Shown here: positions 1 through 13,300 of the stretch, piece after piece
Position numbering within the stretch: the stretch's first letter is position 1
How the letters are laid out: each line of letters starts with the position of its first letter
Notes under the pieces: generated by a model
The model's input: only the letters and a program-made list of their open reading frames with translations
Databases searched by the model: none
Told to the model about the DNA's origin: nothing
Made by a program: the position numbers and the translations under genes
Source: Mobula hypostoma
Taxonomy: Eukaryota
Length of the DNA: 64,000 bases
NCBI RefSeq assembly: GCF_963921235.1
Contig: NC_086097.1
Span: forward strand, 99,450,001-99,514,000
Direction: 5' to 3'

Positions 1-2623
1 AAAGGAGCTTCTTACCTTCAGGCCCAATGGGTATGTCTTCGAGGTGGAGTCCTGAGACTGCAGTTTAGTACGCCAGCATCTCTCCGTCCAGCTGTTGCGC
101 CTCAGCTAACGCCGCATAATCCACCCCCGGAGACAGAGAGTACACTGATTGGACGGAGGTTCGTGACAGCGCGTCTGCCACATTGTTCTTCCCGGAGATG
201 TGCTTGATCGTGGTGGTAAACTCCAAAATGTACGACAGATGGCGTTGCTGGCGGCCCGACCACGGGTCCAACACCTTGGCAAACACGAAAGTGAGGGGCT
301 TGGGGTCTGTGAAGGCCGTGAATTCCCTCCCTTCCAGGAAATACCTGAAGTGCCAGATGGCAAGGTACAGGGCCAGCAGTTCCCTGTCGAAAGTGCTGTA
401 CTTAAGTTCCAGGGGTCGTAGATGCTGGCTGAAAAAAGCGAGCGGCTTCCACTGGCCTTCAATGAACTGCTCGAGCACGCCGCCAACTGCCGCATTGGAG
501 GCATCCACAGTGAGGGCAGTGGGGACGTCGACCCGGGGGTGGACTAGGAGCATGGCGTTTGCTAGCGCGTTCTTGGCTTGTCCGAAAGCCGCCTTCGCCT
601 CCTCTGTCCAGGTGACCTCTTTGACCTTGCCAGACATCAAGCTAAAAAGGAGCAGCATGATCCGGGCCGCTGAGGGCAGGAAACGGTGATAAAAGTTAAC
701 CATCCCAACAAATTCCTGCAGGCCTTTAACAGTGCTGGGCCTGGCAAATTGGCGGATGGCTTCAACTTTCGCCGGTAGAGGAACAGCTCCATGGCGGTCG
801 ATCTGGTGTCCCAAGAAGTCGATGGCGGATAGGCCGAACTGGCACTTGGCGGGGTTGATAGCCAGGCCGTGGTCGCTTAGGCAGCAGCAGAGCAGGTGTA
901 GATGTGCTAGATGTTCCTGGTGGGAGCGGCTGGGGATAAGTATGTCATCCAGGTAGATGAACAGAAAGCCCAGACCTCGCCTTACTGCATCCATCAGGCG
1001 CTGGAACACCTGCACCGTGTTTTTGAGCCCGAGCGGCATCCTGAGGAACTTGAACAGGCCAATGGAGTAATGAGGGCCGTCTTGGGTACATCATCTGGGT
1101 GGACTGGGATCTGATGATACCCTCGGACCAGGTCAATCTTCAAAAAGATGCGCGCCCCGTGCAGGTTGGCCGTAAAGTCCTGGATGTGTGGTACCGGATA
1201 GCGATCGGACGTGGCGGCATCATTCAGCCTCCGACAGTCGCCGCACGGTCTCCACCCTCCCGTGGACTTGGACACCATATGGAGTAGGGAGGCCCACGGG
1301 CTGTCAGAACACTGCACAATCCCCATCTCCTCCATCTTCTTGAATTCCTCCTTCGCGAGGTGGAGCTTGTCGGGCGGCAGCCTGCGGGCCCGGGCATGAA
1401 GGGAAGGTCCCTGTGTGGGGATGTGGTGCATCACGCCGTGCTTGGGGTTTGTTGAGGAAAACTGCGGCGTGATGATAGCTGGGAACTCCGATAACACTCT
1501 GGCGAACTCGTTGTCGGAATAAGTGACGGAGTCCAGGTGCGGGGCCGGTAACCTGGCCTCACCGAGGGAGAAAGACTGGAACGTCTTCGCATCGACCACT
1601 CATCGTCCCTTCAAATCCACGGGCAGGCAGTGCGCGCGGAGGAAGTCCGCACCCGGCAATGGCTGTGACACTGCAGACAGCGTAAGTGTCCATGTAAAGC
1701 GACTGGAACCGAACTGCAAGGGGATGGTTCTTGTGCCGTAGGTGCGGATGGTGCTGCTGTTGGCTGCCGTAAGTTCCGGTCCTGTTCTTCTAGTTCGGGT
1801 ATCGTGGCTTGAGGGGGGTAGGACACTGATTTCCGCCCCAATGTCCACCAGGAATCTTCGCCCAGAGAGCTTGTTCCAAACGTAGAGGAGGCTATCACGG
1901 TGACCAGCCGCCATAGCCATCAGCGACGGCTGGTCCTGGTGTTTCCCTGGAATGAACATGGCAATCGGCAGCGGCGGGCCCCAGAACCCCACCTTTGATG
2001 ATAAAAACACCAAGACTCAGAAGTGGTGCTGTCCCTTGGTGTGGGTGTTACGTGCTCCGCTGCTGGGGTGTGGGAGGGCTGGGCCTTCGGCCGTGCCGCA
2101 GCACTAATTTTGATGGTGGTTCCACCATTTTGTTTGGCACGCCAAAGCACGTCCGCGTGGGCAGCCACTCCGTGCCGGTCTCTGAAGTCTTCATCTGCTA
2201 GCAGGAGGCGGATGTCTTCTGGCATTTGCTCCAAAAAGATCTGTTCAAACAGCAGGCAAGGCTTACGGACGTCTGCCAGTGCTGGCATGTCGCTCATCAG
2301 GGCTGATGGCGCGCGGTCGCCCAGGCCGTCCATATGCAGTAACCGCGCAGCCCGTTCACAGCGGGAGAGGCCAGATGTACGGATTAACAGGGCCTTGAGT
2401 GCCTCGTACCTGTGTGTTGCTGGGGCTAAGGCAGAAAGTCGATAACGCGGCCCGCTGTCTCTTGGTCGAGGGCACCCACCACGTAGTAATACCTGGTGGC
2501 GTCTGAGACAATTTGCCTGATCTGGAACTGGGCCTCCACTTGCTCAAACCAGACCAGGGGTTGAGTGGTCCAGAAGGTTGGCAGTTTAAGGGAAACTGCA
2601 TTCTGCAGAGCCAAGTCACTCAT
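1..2623 (-). pseudogene. Ty3/Gypsy gag-pol (gag, protease, RT, RNase H), disrupted; continues beyond the window start
   Basis: ORF pieces include gag 'AVSLKLPTFW..WF' and 'CFYHQRWG..ARRC..PC', protease 'FLVDIGAEISV', RT 'YLDD' and RNase H 'LTVDASN...YSTFDRELLA'. Multiple frameshifts and stops. Confidence 0.93.
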
Positions 2624-2661
2624 GCTGGGTCCAAATGCCGTTGGACTGCCAGGGTCACCAA

Positions 2662-2914
2662 TGTGGTCGCGCTGATACGCAATGAGTGAAAGCAACACAC
2701 TGAGTCGAGCAGGGTCTTTGTTGAACTATTTACTGTTTCAATCCTGCGATTAAGTGCCCGTTCCCAGCATCCCCCGCTCTTTGCGGGGCGGAAGTGACGT
2801 CGGCTTCCGGGCCGAGGTCTGCCCCGCACTCAGAGCCCCCTCGGTTGCCGCTGGCTGTGGGTTCGCCCGCGGCTGCTGGAGCCGATTCGCTTGCCGCGTG
2901 GGCAAGCCGCCACA
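2662..2914 (-). mobile_element. 5' LTR of the Gypsy element (253 bp)
   Basis: On the minus strand it begins TGTGG and ends CCACA. It is followed after 1 nt by TGGTGACCC (2652-2660), which matches the 3' end of tRNA-Trp (PBS), and then by the gag ATG. Confidence 0.85.
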
Positions 2915-3715
2915 TCCTTTCATTTTGGAAAGCAGTTAATTGCTTGAATTTAAATTTCCAATTGCCATGTCATCATTCTGTCACGGGCCTCTGGGTCAAA
3001 TTGGCACTCAACCTGAGTTGGATTGTGTGATCATTCAAAGCAATGGTTCCCCATCTTGTAGCAACGCTGGGCCAATGGGAAGAGATGCACAGCCTGTGAG
3101 TGTCCAACAGATGGAGTGTTGTACCTGCCCTGGTCCAGGCTCGGAGGTGATGGTTGCAGACATGCCCCATGGTCTAATCCCACCACTAACCCTCCTTACT
3201 TTGATATGCCAATAAAGTTTAAATTTTAAAAAGTAGCCATCAGTGAATCAGTTCCTTATCAAAGATCTAAAAATGCACTTCCCACGTACATGCCACTGCA
3301 CCACTCCACACACTGCCTGAGATTCCAGTTCCCACACTCCCCGTTCACTCAACACTCGGTTTGAATTCACACTGTTCCCTTGAAACATATCGGGGTCATT
3401 GAAAAATGTATTATTCTATCCTGAAATAATATACTGAATGAAAAGAGTGTTGGAATATCACCAACATCCTACAGTTCAGAAATTCCACCCCTGAGGCACT
3501 GCGACAGTCCCGGGGCTGTCAGATTATGGAAGTGTTACCTTCAAAACACTCCCAAAGAATTCAACGCCATCACTCTTCCACAGGTAGCACTTACAAATCA
3601 ATTTCTGTACACGATTAGGAATCGATACCGTACCAGTTGAGGAACACATCGAACGTGAATGACCAGTGGGGTCAGAGCTCCACTATATCTGCCGTCCCAC
3701 CCTAAGACAGGTTTA

Positions 3716-5503
3716 GGCCGTCCAGCCCATCGAGGGTGAGGAGCCAGAGGTCGTGGTACATATAGGTACCAATGACATAGATAGGAAAAGGGAAGAGGTC
3801 CTGAAAGGAGAATATAGGGAGTTAGGAAAGGAGTTGAGAAAAAGGACTGCAAAGGTAATAATCTCGGGATTACTGCCTGTGCTACACGACAGTGAGAGTA
3901 GGAATGCGATGAGGTGGAGGATAAATGCGTGGCTGAGGGATTGGAGCAGGGTGCAGGGATTCAAGTTTTTGGATCATTGGGACCTCTTTTGGCGCAGGTG
4001 TGACATGTACAAAAAGGATGGGTTACACTTGAATCCTAGGGGGACCAATATCCTGGCAGGGAGAATTGCGAGGGCTACTGAGGTGACTTTAAACTAGAAT
4101 GGTTGGGGGTGGGAATCAAATTAAAGAGACTAGGAGAGAGGAGGTTAGTTCACAACAGAGGGATGGGAACAAGTGCAGAGAGACAGAGGGGTGTAAAGTG
4201 AGGGTAAAAGCAAAAAGTAGTAAGGTGAAAAGTAAAAGTGGCAGGCCGGCAAATCCGGGGCAAAAATCAAAAAGGGCCACTTTTCAACATAGTTGTATAA
4301 GGGCTAAGAGTGTTGTAAAAGCAAGCCTGAAGGCTTTGTGTGTCAATGCCAGGAGTATTCGTAACAAGGTGGATGAATTGAAAGTGCAGATAGTTATTAA
4401 TGAATATGATATAGTTGGGATCACAGAGACATGGCTCCAGGGTGACCAAGGATGGGAGCTCAACATTCAGGGATATTCAATATTCAGGAGGGATAGACAT
4501 GAAAGAAAAGGAGGTGGGGTGGCGTTGCTGGTTAAAGAGGAGATTAACACAATAGAAAGGAAGGACATAAGCCGGGAAGATGTGGAATCGATATGGGTAG
4601 AGCTGCATAACACTAAGGGGCAGAAAACACTGGTGGGAGTTGTGTACAGGCCACCTAACAGTAGTAGTGAGGTTGGAGATGGCATTAGACAGGAAATTAG
4701 AAATGCGTGCAATAAAGGAACAGCAGTTATAATGGGTGACTTCAATCTACATATAGATTGGGTGAACCAAATTGGTAAAGGTGCTGAGGAAGAGGATTTC
4801 TTGGAATGTATGCGGGATGGTTTTTTGAACCAACATGTCGAGGAACCAACTAGAGAGCAGGCTATTCTAGACTGGGTATTGAGCAATGAGGAAGGGTTAA
4901 TTAGCAATCTTGTCATGAGAGGCCCCTTGGGTAAGAGTGACCATAATATGGTGGAATTCTTCGTTAAGATGGAGAGTGACATAGTTAATTCAGAAACAAA
5001 GGTTCTGAACTTAAAGAAGGGTAACTTTGAAGCTATGAGAAGTGAATTAGCTAAGATAGACTGGCAAATGATACTGAAAGGGTTGACAGTGGATATGCAA
5101 TGGCAAGCATTTAAAGATCGCATGGATGAACTACAACAATTGTTCGTCCCAGTTTGGCAAAAGAATAAATCAGGGAAGGTAGTGCACCCGTGGCTGACAA
5201 GGGAAATTAGGGATAGTATCAATTCCAAAAAAGAAGCATACAAATTAGCCAGAGAAAGTGGCTCACCTGAGGACTGGGAGAAATTCAGAGTTCATCAGAG
5301 GAGGACAAAGTGCTTAATTAGGAAGGGGAAAAAAGATTATGAGAGAAAACTGGCGGGGAACATAAAAACTGACTGTAAAAGCTTTTACAGATATGTGAAA
5401 AGAAGAAGATTGGTTAAGACAAATGTAGGTCCCCTACAGGCAGAAACAGATGAATTGATTATGGGGAACAAGGATACGGCAGACCAATTGAATAACTACT
5501 TTG
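3716..5503 (+). mobile_element. CR1 LINE, 5' part: ORF1 esterase-like end plus ORF2 APE endonuclease
   Basis: 'VHIGTNDI...DGLHLN' (SGNH esterase-like ORF1) and 'NARS..GITETW..GDFN..SDH' (APE). Breaks at 'QLNNYF'. Confidence 0.93.
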
Positions 5504-7526
5504 AACATAGAAGATAGAACATAGAATAGTACAGCACAGTACAGGCCCTTCGGCCCACAATGTTGTGCCGACCCTCAAACCCTGCCTCCCATATAAGCCC
5601 CCACCTTAGATTCCTCCATATACCTGTCTAGTAGTCTCTTAAACTTCACTAGTGTATCTGCCTCCACCACTGACTCAGGCAGTGTATTCCACGCACCAAC
5701 CACTCTCTGAGTAAAAAACTATCCTCTAATATCCCCCTTGAACTTCCCACCCCTTACCTTAAAGCCATGTCCTCTTGTATTGAGCAGTGGTGCCCTGGGG
5801 AAGAGGCGCTGGCTATCCACTATCTATTCTTCTTATTATCTTGTACACCTCTATCATGTCTCCTCTCATCCTCCTTCTCTCCAAAGAGTAAAGCCCTAGC
5901 TCCCTTAATCTCTGATCATAATGCATGCTTTCTGAACCAGGCAGCATCCTGGTAAATCTCCTCTGTACCCTTTCCAATGCTTCCACATCCTTCCGATAGT
6001 GATGTGACCAGAACTGGACACAATACTCCAAGTGTGGCCTAACCAGAGTTTTATAGAGCTGCATCATTACATCGCGACTCTTAAACTCTGTCCCTCGACT
6101 TATGAAAGCTTACACCCCATAAGCTTTCTTAACTACCCTATCCACCTGTGAGGCAACTTTCAGGGATCTGTGGACACGTACCCCGAGATCCCTCTGTTCC
6201 TCCACACTACCAAGTATCCTGCCATTTACTTTGTACTCTGCCTTGGAGTTTGTCCTTCCAAAGTGTACCACCTCACACTTCTCCGGGTTGAACTTCATCT
6301 GCCACTTCTCAGCCCACTTCTGCATCCTATCAATGTCTCTCTGCAATCTTTGACAACCCTCTACACTATCTACAACACCACCAACCTTTGTGTCGTCTGC
6401 AAACTTGCCAACCCACCCTTCTACCCCCACATCCAGGTCGTTAATAAAAATCATGAAAAGTAGAGGTCCCAGAACCAATCCTTGTGGGACACCACTAGTC
6501 ACAATGCTCCAATCTGAATGTACTCCCTCCACTAGCACCCTCTGCCTTCTGCAGGCAAGCCAATTCTGAATCCACCTGGCCAAACATCCCTGGATCCCAT
6601 GCCTTCTAACTTTCTGAATAAGCCTACCGTGTGGAACCTTGTCAAATGCCTTACTGAAATCCATATAAATCACATCCACTGCACTACCCTCATCTATATG
6701 CCTGGTCACCTCCTCAAAGAACTCTATCAGGCTTGTTAGACACGATCTGCCCTTCACAAAGCCATGCTGACTGTCCCTGATCAGACCATGATTCTCTAAA
6801 TGCCTATAGGTCCTATCTCTAAGAATCTTTTCCAACAGCTTTCCCACCACAGACGTAAGGCTCACTGGTCTATAATTACCGGGACTATCCCTATTACCTT
6901 TTTTGAACAAGGGAACAACATTCGGCTCCCTCCAATCCTCCGGTACCATTCCCGTGGACAACAAGGACATAAAGATCCTAGCCAGAGGCTCAGCAATCTC
7001 TTCTCTCGCCTCGTGGAGAAGCCTGGGGAATATTCCGTCAGGCCCCGGGGACTTATCCGTCCTAATGTATTTTAACAACTCCAATACCTCCTCTCCCTTA
7101 ATATCTACATGCTCCAGAACATCAACCTCACTCATATTGTCCTCACCATCATCAAGTTCCCTCTCATTGGTGAATACCGAAGAGAAGTATTCATTGAGGA
7201 CCTCGCTCACTTCCACAGCCTCCAGGCACATCTTCCCACCTTTATCTATAATCGGTCCTACCTTCACTCCTGTCATCCTTTTTTTCTTCACATAATTGAA
7301 GAATGCCTTGGGGTTTTCCTTTACCCTACTCGCCAAGGCCTTCTCATGCCCCCTTTTGCTCTTCTCAGCCCCTTCTTAAGCTCCTTTCTTGCTTCCCTAT
7401 ATTCCTCAATAGACCCATCTGATCCTTGCTTCCTAAACCTCATGTATGCTGCCCTCTTCCACCTGACTAGATTTTCCACCTCACTTGTCACCCATGGTTC
7501 CTTCACCCTACCATTCTTTATCTTCC
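5504..7526 (-). mobile_element. 5'-truncated CR1 LINE nested antisense inside another CR1
   Basis: 408-aa RT ORF (QHGF, DFSKAFD, FADD). Its 3' tail of (ttctatg)-like repeats abuts 5504. Confidence 0.93.
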
Positions 7527-9243
7527 TTCTGTCTTCACTAAGGAGGACATAAATAATCTTCCGGAAATAGTAGGGGACAGAGGGTCTAGTGAGATGGAGG
7601 AACTGAGGGAAATACATGTTAGTAGGGAAGTGGTGTTCGGTAAATTGAAGGGATTAAAGGCAGATAAATCCCCGGGGCCAGATGGTCTGCATCCCAGAGT
7701 GCTTAAGGAGGTAGCCCAAGAAATAGCGGATGCATTAGTGATAATTTTTCAAAACTCTTTAGATTCTGGACTAGTTCCTGAGGATTGGAGGGTTGCTAAT
7801 GTAACCCCGCTTTTTTAAAAAGGAGGGAGAGAGAAACCGGGGAATTATAGACCGGTTAGCCTAACTTCGGTGGTGGGGAAAATAGTAGAGTCAGTTATCA
7901 AAGATGTGATAACAGCACATTTGGAAAGCGGTGAAATCATCGGACAAAGTCAGCATGGATTTGTGAAAGGAAAATCATGTCTGACGAATCTCATAGAATT
8001 TTTTGTGGATGTAACTAATAGAGTTGATAGGGGAGAACCAGTGGGTGTGATATATTTGGATTTTCAAAAGGCTTTTGACAAGGTCCCACACAGGAGATTA
8101 GCGTGCAAACTTAAAGCACATGGTATTGGGGGTAAGGTATTGATGTGGATAGAGAATTGATTGGCAGACAGGAAGCAAAGAGTGGGAATAAACGGGACCT
8201 TTTCAGAATTGCAGGCAGTGACTAGTGGGGTACTGCAAGGCTCAGTGCTGGGACCCCAGTTGTTTATAATATATATTAATGACTTAGATGAGGGAATTAA
8301 ATGCAGCATCTCCAAGTTTGCAGATGACACGAATCTGGGCGGCAGTGTTAGCTGTGAGGAGGATGCTAAGAGGATGCAGGGTGACTTGGATAGGTTGGGT
8401 GAGTGGGCAAATTCATGGCAGATGCAATTTAATGTGGATAGATGTGAAGTTATCCACTTTGGTGGCAAGAACAGGAAAACAGATTACTATCTGCCGATTA
8501 GGAAAAGGGGAGGTGCAACGAGACCTGGGTGTCATTATACACCGGTCATTGAAAGTGGGCATGCAGGTACAGCAGGTAGTGAAAAAGGCGAATGGTATGC
8601 TGGCATTCATAGCAAGAGGATTCGAGTACAGGAGCAGGGAGGTACTACTGCAGTTGTACAAGGCCTTGGTGAGACCACACCTGGAGTATTGTGTGCAGTT
8701 TTGGTCCCCTAATCTGAGGAAAGACATCCTTGCCATAGAGGGAGTACAAAGAATGTTCACCAGATTGATTCCTGGGATGGCAGGACTTTCATATGATGAA
8801 AGACTGGATCAACTAGGCTTATACTCATTGGAATTTAGAAGATTGAGGGGGGGATCTTATTGAAACGTATAAAATCCTAAAGGAATTGGACAGGCTAGAT
8901 GCAGGAAGATTGTTCCCAATGTTGGGGAAGTCCAGAACAAGGGGTCACAGTTTGAGGATAAAGGGGAAGCCTTTTAGGACCGAGATTAGGAAAAGCTTCT
9001 TCACATAGAGAGTGGTGAATCTGTGGAATTCTCTGCCACAGGAAACAGTTGAGGCCAGTTCATTGGCTATATTTAAGAGGGAGTTAGATATGGCCCTTGA
9101 TGCTAAAGGGATCAGGGGGTATGGAGGGAAGGCTGGTACAGGGTTCTGAGTTGGATGATCGGCCATGATCATACTGAATGGCGGTGCAGGCTCGAAGGGC
9201 CGAATGGCCTACTCCTGCACCTATTTTCTATGTTTCTATGTTT
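7527..9243 (+). mobile_element. CR1 LINE, 3' part (RT and 3' UTR) of the element starting at 3716
   Basis: Resumes with 'SVFTKEDINNL', then RT motifs (FADD) with frameshifts. Ends ttctatgtttctatgttt. Confidence 0.92.
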
Positions 9244-9244
9244 G

Positions 9245-9720
9245 ACCCTGCTCTGCCACTGTGTCATGGCTGATGTATTATCCCTCTCAACCCCATTCTC
9301 CTGCCTTCCCCCTGTAACATCCGATGCCCTTACTAATCAACCTCTGATCTAAATATACCGAATGGCTTGACCTCCACAGCCTTCTTTGGCAATGAACTTT
9401 ATAGATTCACCAGCCTCTGGGTAAAGAAACTCATCCTCATCTCCATTGTGAAGAGACATCCTTCTATTTTGAGCCTGTGCCCTCTGGTCCTGCACTCACT
9501 CACTATGGGATACACCACCTGTACGTCCACACTGTCAGAGTTTTCCAATATTCGATAGGTTTCAATTGGATCCCCCCTCATTCTTTTAGTCTCCGGTGAG
9601 TACAGGCCCAGAGCCGTGAAAGGCTCCTCATACAGTAACCCTTTCCTTCCCGGGATCATTCTCGTGATCCTCTACTAGATCAGTGCACCTGCCCCAATTC
9701 CTGAAATATATGCTGAACTT
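9245..9720 (-). mobile_element. Degraded CR1 3' fragment
   Basis: 'LGLYS...MRGD.IETYRI...RTRGH.LK...FFTQR.VNL' CR1 C-terminal peptide. Confidence 0.75.
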
Positions 9721-10152
9721 TCTAGATTTTACAAGTGTCCAGCAGCCTTCAGGGTATAACTTCAGCAGCCCAGTGGAAACACCGATCGAAGAGCACAGAG
9801 GGAAAAGTTCCCTACTAAAGCTTACCACCACCGCCCAAGGTTCAATTTCCACCACTGTCTGAAAGGAGTCTGTATGTTCTCCCCGTGACTGCATGTGTTT
9901 CTTAATGTTGCTCCCGTTTCATCCCATTGTCCAAAGTACCGGGTAACCGGTCATTGTAAATTGTCCTGCGATTAGCCAGGAAAACATGGGGGGATTCCTG
10001 GGCGGCACAACTTGAACAGCTGGAAAGGCAGACTCTACACTGTATCTTCATCAGTCAGTCGATGGGTAAGTAAATAAATAGATGAATAATTTATTCATTC
10101 ATTAGTAGATAGATAGATCAATAGATAAATTGTGAGACTTAAGTACTCATGC

Positions 10153-10247
10153 CTCATCAGATTCCTGCTTCTTCTGTTCTTCATCATCCTCCTGGTCAAT
10201 GTTGTCCTGCTCCTCCTCATTTTCACACTGCTCTTCGTCAGCTTCCC
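10153..10247 (-). CDS. PLCB2: PLCB2-like exon, acidic X-Y linker (GEADEEQCENEEEQDNIDQEDDEEQKKQESDE)
   Basis: Acceptor cctccag, phase 1. The acidic run ending 'KK..SDE' resembles the PLCB2 linker. The donor at the expected position is non-canonical GAG|gcatga. Confidence 0.8.
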
Positions 10248-10344
10248 CTGGAGGAATCCAAGGACAAAAACGATCACAATGAAGGGCTGGGAGCAGCAGT
10301 GAAGGCTGCTGTAGTGCATTATAGTTCACTATAGTGTATCAGGG

Positions 10345-13300
10345 TTACAGTGAGGGGTGTGGGGTTTACCAGTTTATTACAGTGAGGGGTCTGGGCTACT
10401 CCAGAGTGTTACAGTGAGGGGTGTGGGCTACTCCAGTTTATTACAGTGAGGGGTGTGGGGTACCCCAGTTTATTTCAGTGAGGGGTGTGGGGTTCACCAG
10501 TTTATTTCAGTGAGGGGTGTGGGGTTCACCAGTTTATTACACTGAGAGGTGTGGGGTTTACCAGTTTATTACAGTGAGGGGTCTGGGCTACTCCAGAGTG
10601 TTACAGTGAGGGGTGTGGGGTACTCCAGTTTATTACAGTGAGGGGTGTGGGGTACCCCAGTTTATTACAGTGAAGGATGTGAGGTACACCAGTTTATTAC
10701 AGTGAGGGGAGTGGGGTACACCAGTTTATTACAGTGAGGGGAGTGGGGTACACCAGAGAGTTACAGTGACGGGTATGGGGTACCCCAGTTTATTTCAGTG
10801 AGGGGTGTGGGGTACACCAGAGTGTTACAGTGAGTGGTGTGGGGTACACCAGTTTATTTCAGTGAGGGTTGTGGGGTTCACCAGTTTATTACACTGAGGG
10901 GTGTGGGGTTCACCAGTTTATTACACTGTGAGGTGTGGGGTTCACCAGTTTATTACAGTGAGGGGTCTGGGCTACTCCAGAGTGTTACAGTGAGGGGTGT
11001 AGGGTACTCCATTATATTACACTGAGTGGTGTGAGATACCCCAGTTTATTTCAGTGAGTGGTGTGGGGTACACCAGTTTATTACAGTGAGGGGAGTGGGG
11101 TACACCAGAGAGTTACAGTGACGGGTATGGGGTACCCCAGTTTATTTCAGTGAGGGGTGTGGGGTTCACCAGTTTATTACAGTGAGTGGTGTGGGGTACC
11201 CCAGTTTATTTCAGTGAGGGGTGTGGGGTTCACCAGTTTATTACACTGAGGGGTCTGGGCTAATCCAGAGTGTTATAGTGAGGGGTGTGGGGTACTCCAT
11301 TATATTACAGTGACGGGTATGGGGTACCCCAGTTTATTTCAGTGAGGGGTGTGGGGTTCACCAGTTTATTACACTGAGGGGTCTGGGCTAATCCAGAGTG
11401 TTATAGTGAGGGGTGTGGGGTACTCCATTATATTACAGTGACGGGTATGGGGTACCCCAGTTTATTTCAGTGAGGGGTGTGGGGTACACCAACGTGTTAC
11501 AGTGAGGGGTGTGGGGTACCCCAGTTTATTTCAGTGAGGGGTGTGGGGTTCACCAGTTTATTACACTGAGGGGTCTGGGGTTCACCAGTTTATTACAGTG
11601 AGGGGTCTGGGCTACTCCAGAGTGTTACAGTGACGGGTGTGGGGTACCCCAGTTTATATCAGTGAGGGGTGTGGGGTTCACCAGTTTATTACAGTGAGGG
11701 ATCTGGGCTACTCCAGAGTGTTACAGTGAGGGGTGAGGGGTACTCCAGTTTATTACAGTGAGGGGTGTGGGGCACTCCAGTTTATTACAGTGAGGGGTGA
11801 GGGGTACTCCAATGGTTTACAGTGATGGGTGTGGGGTACTCCTTTTATTACAGTAATGCGTGTGGGGTACTCCAATTTATTGCAGTGTAGATTATAACAG
11901 TGGTTTACAGTGAGGGGTGTGGGGTACTCCAGTGCGTTACAGTGTGGATTATATCAGTGGTTTACGGTGAGGGCTGTGGGATACCCAAATGGATTACAGT
12001 GTGGATTATATCAGTGGATTACAGTGAGTGGTGTGGGGTTCACCAGTTTATTTCAGTGAGGGGTCTGGGCTAATCCAGAGTGTTACAGTGAGGGGTGTGG
12101 GGTACCCCAGTTTATTTCAGTGAGGCGTGTGGGGTTCACCAGTTTATTACACTGAGGGGTGAGGGGTTCACCAGTTTATTACACTGAGGGGTGAGGGGTT
12201 CACCAGTTTATTACAGTGAGGGGTCTGGGCTACTCCAGAGTGTTACAGTGAGGGGTGTGGGGTACTCCAGTTTATTACAGTGAGGGATGTGGGGTTCACC
12301 AGTTTATTACAGTGAGGGGAGTGGGGTACACCAGAGAGTTACAGTGATGGGTATGGGGTACCCCAGTTTATTTCAGAGAGGGGTGTGGGGTACACCAGAG
12401 TGTTACAGTGAGGGGTGTGGGGTACTCCATTATATTACACTGAGTGGTGTGGGATACCCCAGTTTATTTCAGTGAGGGGTGTGGGGTTCACCAGTTTATT
12501 ACACTGAGGGGTGTGGGGTTCACCAGTTTATTACAGTGAGTGGTGTGGGCTACTCCAGAGTGTTACAGTGAGGGGTGTGGGGTACTCCATTATATTACAG
12601 TGAGGGGTGTGGGGCAATCCAGTTTATTACAGTGAGGAGTGTGGGGTACCCCAGTTTATTACAGTGAGGGCAGTGGGGTACACCAGTTTATTACAGTGAG
12701 GGCAGTGGGGTACACCAGAGAGTTACAGTGACGGGTATGGGGTACCCCAGTTTATTTCAGTGAGGGGTGTGGGGTACCCCAGTTTATTTCAGTGAGGGGT
12801 GTGGGGTTCACCAGTTTATTTCAGTGAGGGGTGTGGAGTTCACCAGTTTATTACACTGAGGGGTCTGGGGTTCACCAGTTTATTACAGTGAGGGGTCTGG
12901 GCTACTCCAGAGTGTTACAGTGAGGGGTGTGGGGTACACCAGCTTATTACAGTGAGGGGTGTGGGGTACTCCATTATATTACAGTGAGGGGTGTGGGGTT
13001 CACCAGTTTATTACAGTGAGGGGTCTGGGCTACTCCAGAGTGTTACAGTGACGGGTGTGGGGTACCCCAGTTTATATCAGTGAGGGGTGTGGGGTTCACC
13101 AGTTTATTACAGTGAGGGATCTGGGCTACTCCAGAGTGTTACAGTGAGGGGTGAGGGGTACTCCAGTTTATTACAGTGAGGGGTGTGGAGCACTCCAGTT
13201 TATTACAGTGAGGGGTGAGGGGTACTCCAATGGTTTACAGTGATGGGTGTGGGGTACTCCTTTTATTACAGTAATGCGTGTGGGGTACTCCAATTTATTG

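Noticed and set aside
3595..3701. AG/GT-bounded segment as the next PLC exon (Y domain)
   Set aside because: No similarity to GTAG..EEMS.LVNY and it contains stops. The next exon is probably outside the window.
4467..5243. 258-aa antisense ORF and similar shadow ORFs over LINE/Gypsy coding regions
   Set aside because: Antisense shadows of TE ORFs with no independent evidence.
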